From NCBI GenBank assembly GCA_963650425.1, contig CAVJKV010000006.1, positions 8,583-72,582 of the forward strand: DNA of 64,000 bases. The letters are read 5' to 3'. Under the pieces are notes generated by a model. The model was not told the DNA's origin and did no database searches. It was given only the letters and a program-made list of their open reading frames with translations. The stretch's first letter is position 1, and every line of letters starts with the position of its first letter. A program made the translations under genes and the position numbers. Shown piece after piece: positions 1-8,080 of this stretch. Source of the stretch: Oscillibacter sp. (GTDB lineage Bacteria > Bacteroidota > Bacteroidia > Bacteroidales > UBA932).

Positions 1-324
1 CATCCTCACGTTCACACTCCTCTGCGTGCTTACGGTTATTTCCGTGGTTCTCATACCAAGATATTGGAATACAAGCACATAACTTTCCCCTTGACCTGGT
101 GCTGCTATGCTGTAAAGTCCATCAATATCTGCTGTGGTGCCGGTCTTGGTGCCGCGAATCATAACGCTGGCTCCGGCGAGCGGTTCGCCGTTGCTGTCCA
201 ATACCTTACCTGTGACTTTATCTTGTGGTTGCGGAGCCTCTGCTGCAGACAGGAGCGCAACAGAGAATATCGTAAGAAGGACCGGAATGAGTCGGCCTGT
301 TAAAAAAGTCATTGTCCGTTTCAT
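1..324 (-). CDS. 5' part of a SusC/RagA-like TonB-dependent outer-membrane protein (runs off the window start)
   Basis: Not in the ORF track. Manual translation from the ATG at 324 gives MKRTMTFLTGRLIPVLLTIFSVALLSAAEAPQPQDKVTGKVLDSNGEPLAGASVMIRGTKTGTTADIDGLYSI...FQYLGMRTTEITV, i.e. a signal peptide plus the carboxypeptidase-regulatory-like N-terminal domain typical of SusC proteins. Confidence 0.8.
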   Translation of the reverse strand, partial: MKRTMTFLTGRLIPVLLTIFSVALLSAAEAPQPQDKVTGKVLDSNGEPLAGASVMIRGTKTGTTADIDGLYSIAAPGQGESYVLVFQYLGMRTTEITVSTQRSVNVRM

Positions 325-424
325 ACGTTGGCAAGATAGGAATTAATTAGATTATTTCAAAAACGGCATCTGAAGAAGAAATGCTATATTAGCGGTATAT
401 TTTTCGTTTCTAAAACAGTTTCTT

Positions 425-1492
425 ATGCCAGTCTGCAGAGTTTATATGGGCGAACACCTGACAAACATCATTGATTGTCTTGAATCATATCCGGAAATTT
501 TCATTGTCACCGACAAAAATGTCAAGGGTTTTGCCAGTGAGATTGGGGGAACGCTAAAAGGGACTGCGCTAAGGAGCATGCTTGAAATTGATGCTTCCGA
601 GCAAAACAAGACAATGTCCACGGTTTTGGATATATGCAGTTGGCTGATGACCGAAAATGCTGACCGCAACGCTTTGTTGCTTGCCGTCGGTGGCGGTATC
701 ACAACAGATATGGCTGGTTTTGCTGCCTCCATTTACAAGAGAGGAATCCGTTTCGCATACGTTCCGACCACGCTTCTTTCTCAGGTGGATGCGGCTGTAG
801 GGGGAAAGACCGGTGTCAATTTTGATAATTACAAGAATATCTTGGGTGTTATCCGTCAGCCGGATTTTACATTCGTAAGTGCCGAAGTGTTGGCTTCGTT
901 ACCTAAGAGGGACTTTCTGTCCGGTATCGCTGAACTTCTCAAGACATTCATAATCGACAATGCAGGGGATAACTACGAAAAGGCAGTGCGGATTTTGTCG
1001 GAGATATTTGTTGCTCAAGACTTTCTGGCTGCTGTCCGGAAGAATCTTTCAGATCTGACATCGCTCATAGGTGCAGCGGCGAGGATAAAGGCCGGTGTCG
1101 TGGAACGAGACGAGTTCGAACACGGGGAGCGCCGCAAACTTAATCTTGGACACACATTCGCACACGCCATCGAGTGGGAGTCTCGTACTGCTTGCGCGGA
1201 CATCTCGCACGGGGAAGCAGTCGCTATGGGTATAATTCTGGCAGCAAGGCTCTCTGAGGCTTATTATCCTGATGTTCAGTGCGGTCTGGCGGACAGACTT
1301 ATAGCAGATTTCGCAGCCTGCGGACTCCCTGTCGCCTGTCCGTACCCGATAGGCTCTCTGTCCGAAGCGATGTCCAAGGACAAGAAAGCAGACGGTAACG
1401 CTGTGAATTTTGTGCTGATTCACAGCATCGGCGACGTCCGAATCGAGAAGATGCCCGTCAGCGCTGCGGTTCTAGGCCTTAAGGCAATTTAG
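425..1492 (+). CDS. aroB: 3-dehydroquinate synthase
   Basis: Motifs GGGITTDMAGFAASIYKRG, PTTLLSQVDAAVGGKTGVN, LNLGHTFAHAIE, HGEAVAMG. Confidence 0.95.
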   Translation: MPVCRVYMGEHLTNIIDCLESYPEIFIVTDKNVKGFASEIGGTLKGTALRSMLEIDASEQNKTMSTVLDICSWLMTENADRNALLLAVGGGITTDMAGFAASIYKRGIRFAYVPTTLLSQVDAAVGGKTGVNFDNYKNILGVIRQPDFTFVSAEVLASLPKRDFLSGIAELLKTFIIDNAGDNYEKAVRILSEIFVAQDFLAAVRKNLSDLTSLIGAAARIKAGVVERDEFEHGERRKLNLGHTFAHAIEWESRTACADISHGEAVAMGIILAARLSEAYYPDVQCGLADRLIADFAACGLPVACPYPIGSLSEAMSKDKKADGNAVNFVLIHSIGDVRIEKMPVSAAVLGLKAI

Positions 1493-2737
1493 AGGCGCAA
1501 CATATACGCCGTCGTTCCTCCGGTAGGCCGGTCCGATGGCTGTAATGACCATAAGAAATGAGGGTTGAGTTGCGTAGGAAATATCTTCTTTCAATTTCAG
1601 TAGGTGCTCGGCTCCTTCGTCAATCAATTTGTCTCCGCCGAGCTTTATTTCAATCAATGCCCATCGCCCGTCTTCAAGATGGATTACAGCATCGCTTTCT
1701 AATCCTCTGCTGTCGCGGTAGTGCATAACTGTTCCGTTTAAATGCGAAGCATAAATCTTCAGGTCTCTGACTGCCATATCTTCGAAAAATAATCCGAACG
1801 AATTAAGGTCGTTCATAAGGTCTGCAGGTGATATTCCGAGAGCACAGCAGGCTATCGATGTGTCTGAGAAATGTCTGGTCATAGTAGTTCTGACTACTGT
1901 TTTGCTGCGCAAGTTGGGGTTCCAGGCGTCAATATCTTCAAGAATATAAAGATCTTTCAGCGCATCCATATAATCGTCAAATGTTTTCGTGTCGAATGTT
2001 GAACGGTTATTCGATTGGGTTATGTCTGAAATCAATGTTTGAGCAGAAGCTTCTGTCGAAATATTTCTGGCATAGCTTCTCAGAATCATTCGTAGAACAT
2101 CAGGCTTCTTGTTCCTGAATTTCTTATTCTCGCTATTCTCAAAATTAAACAAACCTTGATAATAGTTTTTTGTGACTTCCAGTGCGATTTCTCTGCCATC
2201 CTGCAGTGATAGCGGCCAGCCTCCTCTACACAAGAGGAATGCAATATCTGAAAGTTTCCACCCATCATTGAGGTCATATATATTGTCCTTTGGATTCTCG
2301 AAAAGTTTTTCCAGGGATACGGTGCCTTTGGAATCAAGCGATTCGTATAGACTCATAGGCCTCATAGCGAGTGATACGATTCTGCCGGCTCCGGAATGAT
2401 AAATCTGAGTCTTGTCGGCAGGAGTACTGCTCCCCGTAAATATAAACTGCCCGAAGTCGGGCTGCTCATCAATTATGGATTTGGCTTCGTTCCATAGATC
2501 CGGAACGGTTTGCCATTCGTCAATCAGTCTTGGCTGTTCTCCCGTCAATGTGTTTCTAGGCTCAAGCTTGGCAAGTTCGATGGCTTGTGTCGTATTGAGC
2601 TTGACAATGCTTTTTGCAAACATTGTGGCTGTGGTCGTTTTTCCGCAGAATTTAGGCCCGCTTATAACGACTGCCCCCGATGACTTTAGCTTGCGTTCAA
2701 TGTCTTTTTCAATGTAACGCCTAAGGTATTTACCCAT
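1472..2737 (-). CDS. AAA+ ATPase (AAA_14-like) with C-terminal DUF4143 / PD-(D/E)XK-like domain
   Basis: Walker A GPKFCGKTT, Walker B LIDEWQ, FTGSS, GAGRI, and C-terminal YRDSRGLESDAVI...ALIEIKLG; 421 aa. Confidence 0.88.
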   Translation of the reverse strand: MGKYLRRYIEKDIERKLKSSGAVVISGPKFCGKTTTATMFAKSIVKLNTTQAIELAKLEPRNTLTGEQPRLIDEWQTVPDLWNEAKSIIDEQPDFGQFIFTGSSTPADKTQIYHSGAGRIVSLAMRPMSLYESLDSKGTVSLEKLFENPKDNIYDLNDGWKLSDIAFLLCRGGWPLSLQDGREIALEVTKNYYQGLFNFENSENKKFRNKKPDVLRMILRSYARNISTEASAQTLISDITQSNNRSTFDTKTFDDYMDALKDLYILEDIDAWNPNLRSKTVVRTTMTRHFSDTSIACCALGISPADLMNDLNSFGLFFEDMAVRDLKIYASHLNGTVMHYRDSRGLESDAVIHLEDGRWALIEIKLGGDKLIDEGAEHLLKLKEDISYATQPSFLMVITAIGPAYRRNDGVYVAPLNCLKA

Positions 2738-2753
2738 AATGGTTTAGTTTGCT

Positions 2754-2785
2754 CAAAAGTAGTCATAATTTCGAAAATTCCCAAA
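2754..2785 (-). promoter_or_regulatory. Bacteroidetes sigma-A promoter for the AAA/DUF4143 gene
   Basis: Minus strand reads TTTG (2785-2782), a 20-nt spacer, then TACTTTTG (2761-2754). This matches the TTTG-N19-21-TAnnTTTG consensus and ends 16 nt upstream of the start codon. Confidence 0.75.
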
Positions 2786-2931
2786 CTTGTGAGAAAAAAA
2801 TTCCCAAACTTGTGAGAAAAAAATTCCCAAACTTGTGAGAAAAAAATTCCCAAACTTGTGAGAAAAAAATTCCCAAACTTGTGAGAAAAAAATTCCCAAA
2901 CTTGTGAGAAAAAAATTCCCAAACTTGTGAG
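2774..2931. repeat. Perfect 23-bp tandem repeat, about 6.9 copies (TTCCCAAACTTGTGAGAAAAAAA)
   Basis: The core TTCCCAAACTTGTGAG starts at 2778, 2801, 2824, 2847, 2870, 2893 and 2916, separated by identical A7 tracts with no unique spacers. Confidence 0.98.
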
Positions 2932-2937
2932 TTGATG

Positions 2938-2954
2938 CTGCAACCTGGTTGCAG
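2938..2954. promoter_or_regulatory. 17-bp palindrome CTGCAACC-T-GGTTGCAG, candidate metalloregulator operator
   Basis: Perfect 8-1-8 inverted repeat just upstream of the -7 box TAATTTTG (2966-2973) of the heavy-metal ATPase gene. Confidence 0.6.
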
Positions 2955-3008
2955 GGAATGATGTGTAATTTTGCGGCTTGATAGGACATTATTACACATT
3001 ATATCGTT

Positions 3009-4934
3009 ATGGAAACGGAAAAGCACATTCAGGAAGGGCATCACGAGCACGGGGAAAGTCCACGCGGAAAAATAATACTTATCATATCGGCGGCGATACT
3101 GCTTGGCATCGCCGTATTCATTGAGAAAAAATTCGCGTTGGAAACGTGGCAACTGCTTCTCATATATCTTATTCCATATCTTCTTGTCGGCTTCGACACC
3201 CTCAAGGAAGCGGCGGAAGGAGTGCTGGAAGGGGATATGTTCAATGAAGATTTCCTTATGACTATAGCTACTCTCGGCGCTCTTTGCATAGGATTTCTGC
3301 CGGGAGCGGAGACCGAGTTTCCGGAAGCGGTATTCGTGATGCTCTTTTTCCAGATAGGAGAACTGTTCGAGGGCTATGCAGAAGGAAAAAGCCGTGAAAG
3401 CATTGCACATCTTATGAACATTCGCCCGGACATCGCAAATGTGGAAAGGAACGGCGTTGTATCGGAAGTCTCTCCAGAGGAAGTAAATGTGGGTGAAGTC
3501 ATTGTCGTGAAGCCGGGAGAAAAGATTCCTCTTGACGGTAAGGTGGTCGAGGGAACATCTTCGCTCAACACCCTTGCATTGACCGGCGAAAGCGCCCCGA
3601 GAGATATAACCGTCGGAGATGACGTCATTTCAGGATGTGTGAATATGTCGGGCGTGCTCCGCATCCAAACATCGAAGAATTTCGGAGAAAGCACGGTTTC
3701 CAAGATTATCAGTCTGGTTGAAAATGCCGACGAGAGCAAGTCGCGTAGCGAGTCGTTCATTACCAAGTTTGCGAGAATCTATACTCCGATTGTGGTGTTT
3801 GCCGCATTGGCTCTTGCGTTTATCCCTCCTGTGTTTTCATCGGCTGGCTATCTAACTGCATTTCAGATGTGGCTGCACCGGGCGCTCATCTTTCTAGTAG
3901 TTTCCTGCCCGTGTGCGCTTGTGATAAGTGTTCCGCTGACATTTTTCGGCGGCCTTGGCGGAGCATCGCGCAAAGGTATCCTGATAAAAGGCAGCAATTT
4001 TATGGACGCGCTGGCAAATATGGGGACTGTCGTATTCGACAAGACGGGTACTCTGACACGCGGCGAGTTTGCCGTGACGGCTGTCCATCCTGATTCGTTC
4101 GACGAGAAGGAATTGCTGCATCTTGCTGCGCACGTTGAGCATTTCTCGACTCATCCCATAGGAGAAGCGTTGCGTGCGGCATTTCCCGAAGAGGCTTCTG
4201 ACGGATGTGAAGTATCTGATGTAGAGGAGATTGCCGGACGTGGTATACGTGCTAGTGTCGAAGGCCGAAGTGTATGTGTCGGCAATCCGAAGATGATGGA
4301 GGATTTGGGTGTGCAATATCACGACTGCCACTGTGTCGGCACGATTATACACGTTGCTGTGGACGGTAAGTATGCAGGGCATATTGTCATAAACGACAAA
4401 GTCAAGGAGGATAGCGCGGATGCCATTGCGGAGCTGAAACGTTTAGGCGTGAGTCGCACGGTAATGCTTACGGGTGACAGACGGGCTGTTGCGCAGGATG
4501 TGGCGGGCAAGATTGGAATAGATAAGTTTTATGCGGAATTGCTTCCGACAGACAAGGTTGAGCACCTGGAATCGCTGCTAAGAACAAAGCCTGAAGGGCG
4601 TTCGTTGGCATTTGTCGGTGACGGTATTAACGATGCCCCTGTGCTGAAGCGTGCGGATGTAGGAATCGCTATGGGTGGACTTGGAAGTGATGCCGCAATT
4701 GAGGCTGCTGATGTAGTGCTTATGGATGACAAGCCATCCAAGATTGCTGTAGCTGTAAGCATTGCCAGAAGGACTATCCGCATCGCGCGCGAGAATGTCT
4801 GGTTTGCAGTGGGGGTAAAAATAGCGATTCTTCTGCTTGCTACGGTAGGGCTGAGCACGATGTGGATGGCGGTGTTCGCCGATGTCGGTGTCACTGTCCT
4901 CGCAGTCTTCAACGCTATGCGCGCCCTGCGATAA
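3009..4934 (+). CDS. zntA: Heavy-metal translocating P1B-type ATPase (Zn/Cd/Pb, ZntA/CadA-like)
   Basis: His-rich N-terminus (GHHEHGE), TGES, SCPCAL, DKTGTLT, STHP, GDGINDAP, and FADVG in the last TM helix (P1B-2 signature). Confidence 0.93.
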   Translation: METEKHIQEGHHEHGESPRGKIILIISAAILLGIAVFIEKKFALETWQLLLIYLIPYLLVGFDTLKEAAEGVLEGDMFNEDFLMTIATLGALCIGFLPGAETEFPEAVFVMLFFQIGELFEGYAEGKSRESIAHLMNIRPDIANVERNGVVSEVSPEEVNVGEVIVVKPGEKIPLDGKVVEGTSSLNTLALTGESAPRDITVGDDVISGCVNMSGVLRIQTSKNFGESTVSKIISLVENADESKSRSESFITKFARIYTPIVVFAALALAFIPPVFSSAGYLTAFQMWLHRALIFLVVSCPCALVISVPLTFFGGLGGASRKGILIKGSNFMDALANMGTVVFDKTGTLTRGEFAVTAVHPDSFDEKELLHLAAHVEHFSTHPIGEALRAAFPEEASDGCEVSDVEEIAGRGIRASVEGRSVCVGNPKMMEDLGVQYHDCHCVGTIIHVAVDGKYAGHIVINDKVKEDSADAIAELKRLGVSRTVMLTGDRRAVAQDVAGKIGIDKFYAELLPTDKVEHLESLLRTKPEGRSLAFVGDGINDAPVLKRADVGIAMGGLGSDAAIEAADVVLMDDKPSKIAVAVSIARRTIRIARENVWFAVGVKIAILLLATVGLSTMWMAVFADVGVTVLAVFNAMRALR

Positions 4935-4951
4935 GAAAGATAAAGCAAGCC

Positions 4952-5179
4952 TCATCCTTCCAGGTTTTCCTTGCTCATAAGAAAATCGAAGAGGCCAATC
5001 GTAAGAATACCATTGTCGTCGCGCCAAGGGGTTATATCGTCTTTGACCACGATGATTTTTTTGAAGGAATCCTCTATTTTCAGAAGTGATGCGGTCTCCT
5101 GTTTCCTTTTGTCGTCATCAGGTATAGACAGAGCTGACTGGATATAATGTCGTTTTCCTCCGTCATTGGCCACAAAATC
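4952..5179 (-). pseudogene. 3' remnant of a second AAA/DUF4143-family ATPase
   Basis: DFVANDGGKRHYIQSALSIPDDDKRKQETASLLKIEDSFKKIIVVKDDITPWRDDNGILTIGLFDFL resembles the C-terminal tail of AAA-DUF4143 proteins. No ATPase domain lies upstream in any ORF. Confidence 0.7.
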
Positions 5180-5389
5180 AGATAAGAAAAATTCTGCGAA
5201 CAATTTTTAGCAAAATTGCCAGAAAATTGTCGCAGATCACTGGCTTACTGACCTCCCCTGAAAAGAAGGTTGACATTATATTAGTCATATTTCGTACAGC
5301 CACCGACATAGCGGGATATGTGTGATATGTACGGGCAAACTTTTTATAAATTAGGCGAGTATTTCTTGTTAGAATGGTTTTGAAATGCT

Positions 5390-5397
5390 TAAATTTG
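5390..5397 (+). promoter_or_regulatory. -7 promoter box for the 5437-18827 gene run
   Basis: TAAATTTG matches TAnnTTTG, about 40 nt before the ATG at 5437. Confidence 0.6.
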
Positions 5398-5436
5398 CGG
5401 AATTGCGTTGAAAATACGGGCAATTAAGTATTCATT

Positions 5437-7947
5437 ATGAAAATAAGAAACATTTTTCTGACCTCGCTTGCGCTTCTGCCAGTGCTTTTTGCATCGAGCT
5501 GCAACAAGAACAATGATGAGCCGTCCGGCGCACCATCGATTGAAATCAATCCATCAACACTTGAATTCGAGATGGCTTCTTCAAGCCAGACGTTTCAGGT
5601 CGTAGCCACAAGATCGTGGAAAGTACAGGATGCTCCTGATTGGGTGGCATTCGAACCAAAAAGCGGAAAGGCTACAAACGGCAAGGATGTCAAGGTTACG
5701 GTCCTCGAGAATACTGGTCTTGACCGTACTGCCGCAATTAAGGTGACAATCGGTTTTGATGAGAAAACTTTGACAATCAATCAGAAAGGTACAGGTTCCG
5801 CTTCCGGCGCCATCGTATATAAGAATGATTTTGACAAAGAGGTTGCTACCAAGACATACGGTTCATCAAATGAGTCCTGGCCATATCTCGATCAGTTTGA
5901 GGGCTGGAAGAACGAGACCGGAAGCGGTATTGCCAATGTAACCTATACATCCAATGGAATGTCCGTGCGTGCCAACTCCACTTCCAGTAGCAACTATTCT
6001 GATTATGAGGGTTCTGGCTCGAACAATATGTTCTTTGGAACATCTTCTTATTTCTCAGTTCAGAATATAGCTCTTTCTTCCGGCGTGAACTACACTCTGA
6101 CATTCGGTTCTGAAAGATATGTCCAGAATGAAACAAATACGTTCAATCATGAGGAATTCCACGTTTATGTAAGCAACGACGCCAAGAAATGGGTCGAGTT
6201 GGAATATGCGTTCCCTAATGGTGACAAAGACGGAAGATGGGATCAGGCTTCTTCTACATTCACGGTTCCTGCAGGTACTACCACTCTTAGCCTTTACTTC
6301 AAGAGTGATGTAGGAAGTGCATATCGTCTTGATGACGTGGTCCTTGCGGAGACTTCTGTATCAGGTACAGCGATTGACTTTTCCAAGGGTGTGGAGCTTG
6401 AGGGCGGGTCAAGCAGCGGTTCGGATGACTATAGCAAGGCCGAATCAAAGACTGTCGCTGAATTCATCGCCGCAGCAAATACTTCCACTTATTATAAGTT
6501 GAAGGGAAAAGTGAGCAGTTTCAATTCGAAGTATTGCAGTTTTGACCTCACGGACGAAACGGGCACAATCTACGTGTATAGCGTTACTGACGAATCCAAG
6601 ACTGCATACGTGGATAAGATAAAAGATGGCGGCACTGTAGAAATCGCAGGCAAATACAAAAAATATGACGATAAGAATGAGGCTATCGATGCCCAGATTC
6701 TGTCATATACGGAGGATGATACCCCTTCCACCAAGATGACTATCGCGCAGGTGCTTGCCGCTACAGCCGGAACAAGTGTGGAAGTTGAAGGAATTGTTGC
6801 CGGGGCATACGCCAGAGGCTTTGTCATTACCGACGGCACGGATTATCTTCTTGTGTACGAAGGCACAAAGTGTTCTGCTTCAGTCAAGGATAAAGTTACT
6901 GTGACCGGTACAACTTCAACTTTTGGTGGTCTTGTTCAGGTTGCCAGTCCTACCGTTACTGTAGTATCTTCAGACAACGAGCTTAATCTTCCGGAGCCGA
7001 AGGCCCTTGATGCCACTGCATTTGATGCTTATTCTTCAGATAAGATTGAGCTCATCACTTATACCGGTACTTTGGCCGTGGATGGAAACTACACCAATGT
7101 GACAGTTTCTGGGGCAACAAAATATACCGGAAGCCTCGCATATATCCCTGCAAGTTTTGACGCTTCATCTTTCGATGGCAAGGTGGTGAAAGTGACAGGT
7201 TTCTTTATCGGCCTCACCAGTTCCAAGTACATCAGTACTATGGTTACTGAATTGAAAGCGGATGAGACTGCCAAATACCTTTCAGTCAGCGCGACAAGCC
7301 TGACAGCAAAAGCGACGGATACTTCAGCGTCCTTCAAAGTTGGCGGCAATGTGAAATGGACAGTCGCTTCTGACAATGCAGACTACACTGTATCTCCTGC
7401 TTCGGGTGAGGGTGAGGCTGAAGTTACAGTCTCATTTGCAGCCAATACCTCAGATGCAGCAAAGACAGTGAAACTCACTGTTTCGACCACGGAAGATGTT
7501 GCGACCAAGTCTTATGAGATTACGCTTGTGCACGCAGGTGCTGCAGCCGCGGACGAGGTTATTGCAACAGCGGAGCAAGATTATTTGAAAGCTAATAAGT
7601 CCGGTTCGGTTGATTCTGTGATTTCGTATGAGAACGACAGTGATTACGGAACAACTACAGTGACGGAGCTTAGGGTTTATAAGGGAAAAAATCTGACAAT
7701 AAAGGCCGCTGCTGGATATACAATCACAAAAGTTGAACTTACTTGTTCCGGAAATGCGGGAGCTAAGCAGGGATTCTATACAACAAGCCCTGTAACAGTG
7801 GATGACGGTGCGACTTCAACATCTTCGGCTGAAGGTAAAGTAGGCGTTATAACAGTTTCAGGAAACACCTCATCTGTGAAATATACAGCGAGTGAAAACC
7901 AGATGAGAGTTACTAAGTTGTCGGTTACTTATAAGGCGGTAAAATAA
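5437..7947 (+). CDS. Surface lipoprotein with BACON domains and repeated OB-fold-like modules
   Basis: Lipobox FASSC followed by acidic residues. BACON-like repeats (SWKVQDAPDWVAFEPKSG...ENTGLDRTAAI; VKWTVASD...SPASGEG). OB-like repeats (YYKLKGKV...FDLTDETGTIYVY; VEVEGIVAG...GFVITDGTDYLLVY). Confidence 0.75.
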   Translation: MKIRNIFLTSLALLPVLFASSCNKNNDEPSGAPSIEINPSTLEFEMASSSQTFQVVATRSWKVQDAPDWVAFEPKSGKATNGKDVKVTVLENTGLDRTAAIKVTIGFDEKTLTINQKGTGSASGAIVYKNDFDKEVATKTYGSSNESWPYLDQFEGWKNETGSGIANVTYTSNGMSVRANSTSSSNYSDYEGSGSNNMFFGTSSYFSVQNIALSSGVNYTLTFGSERYVQNETNTFNHEEFHVYVSNDAKKWVELEYAFPNGDKDGRWDQASSTFTVPAGTTTLSLYFKSDVGSAYRLDDVVLAETSVSGTAIDFSKGVELEGGSSSGSDDYSKAESKTVAEFIAAANTSTYYKLKGKVSSFNSKYCSFDLTDETGTIYVYSVTDESKTAYVDKIKDGGTVEIAGKYKKYDDKNEAIDAQILSYTEDDTPSTKMTIAQVLAATAGTSVEVEGIVAGAYARGFVITDGTDYLLVYEGTKCSASVKDKVTVTGTTSTFGGLVQVASPTVTVVSSDNELNLPEPKALDATAFDAYSSDKIELITYTGTLAVDGNYTNVTVSGATKYTGSLAYIPASFDASSFDGKVVKVTGFFIGLTSSKYISTMVTELKADETAKYLSVSATSLTAKATDTSASFKVGGNVKWTVASDNADYTVSPASGEGEAEVTVSFAANTSDAAKTVKLTVSTTEDVATKSYEITLVHAGAAAADEVIATAEQDYLKANKSGSVDSVISYENDSDYGTTTVTELRVYKGKNLTIKAAAGYTITKVELTCSGNAGAKQGFYTTSPVTVDDGATSTSSAEGKVGVITVSGNTSSVKYTASENQMRVTKLSVTYKAVK

Positions 7948-8080
7948 ACAAATAATTAGGTAATGAAAGGACAGAAGGGCAGCCCGGATTGACGGAGCGC
8001 CCTTTGTCCGTCTAAATCGGAACAGAAGGGAAAGGCGTGTGTCTTCTCTTGTAATATATTGATACTGAGTGATTAGTATA

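Noticed and set aside
64..346. Plus-strand ORFs 64-303 and 134-346
   Set aside because: They are shadows of the minus-strand SusC-like gene starting at 324.
2774..2931. CRISPR array
   Set aside because: The units are separated only by identical A7 tracts, with no unique spacers and no cas genes in the window.
2686..3410. ORFs 2686-2943, 2753-2989 and 2763-3410 with repeating SQVWEFFSHKFGNFFLTSLGIFF
   Set aside because: These arise because the 23-bp repeat has no stop codon on the minus strand. They overlap promoters and the antisense strand of zntA.
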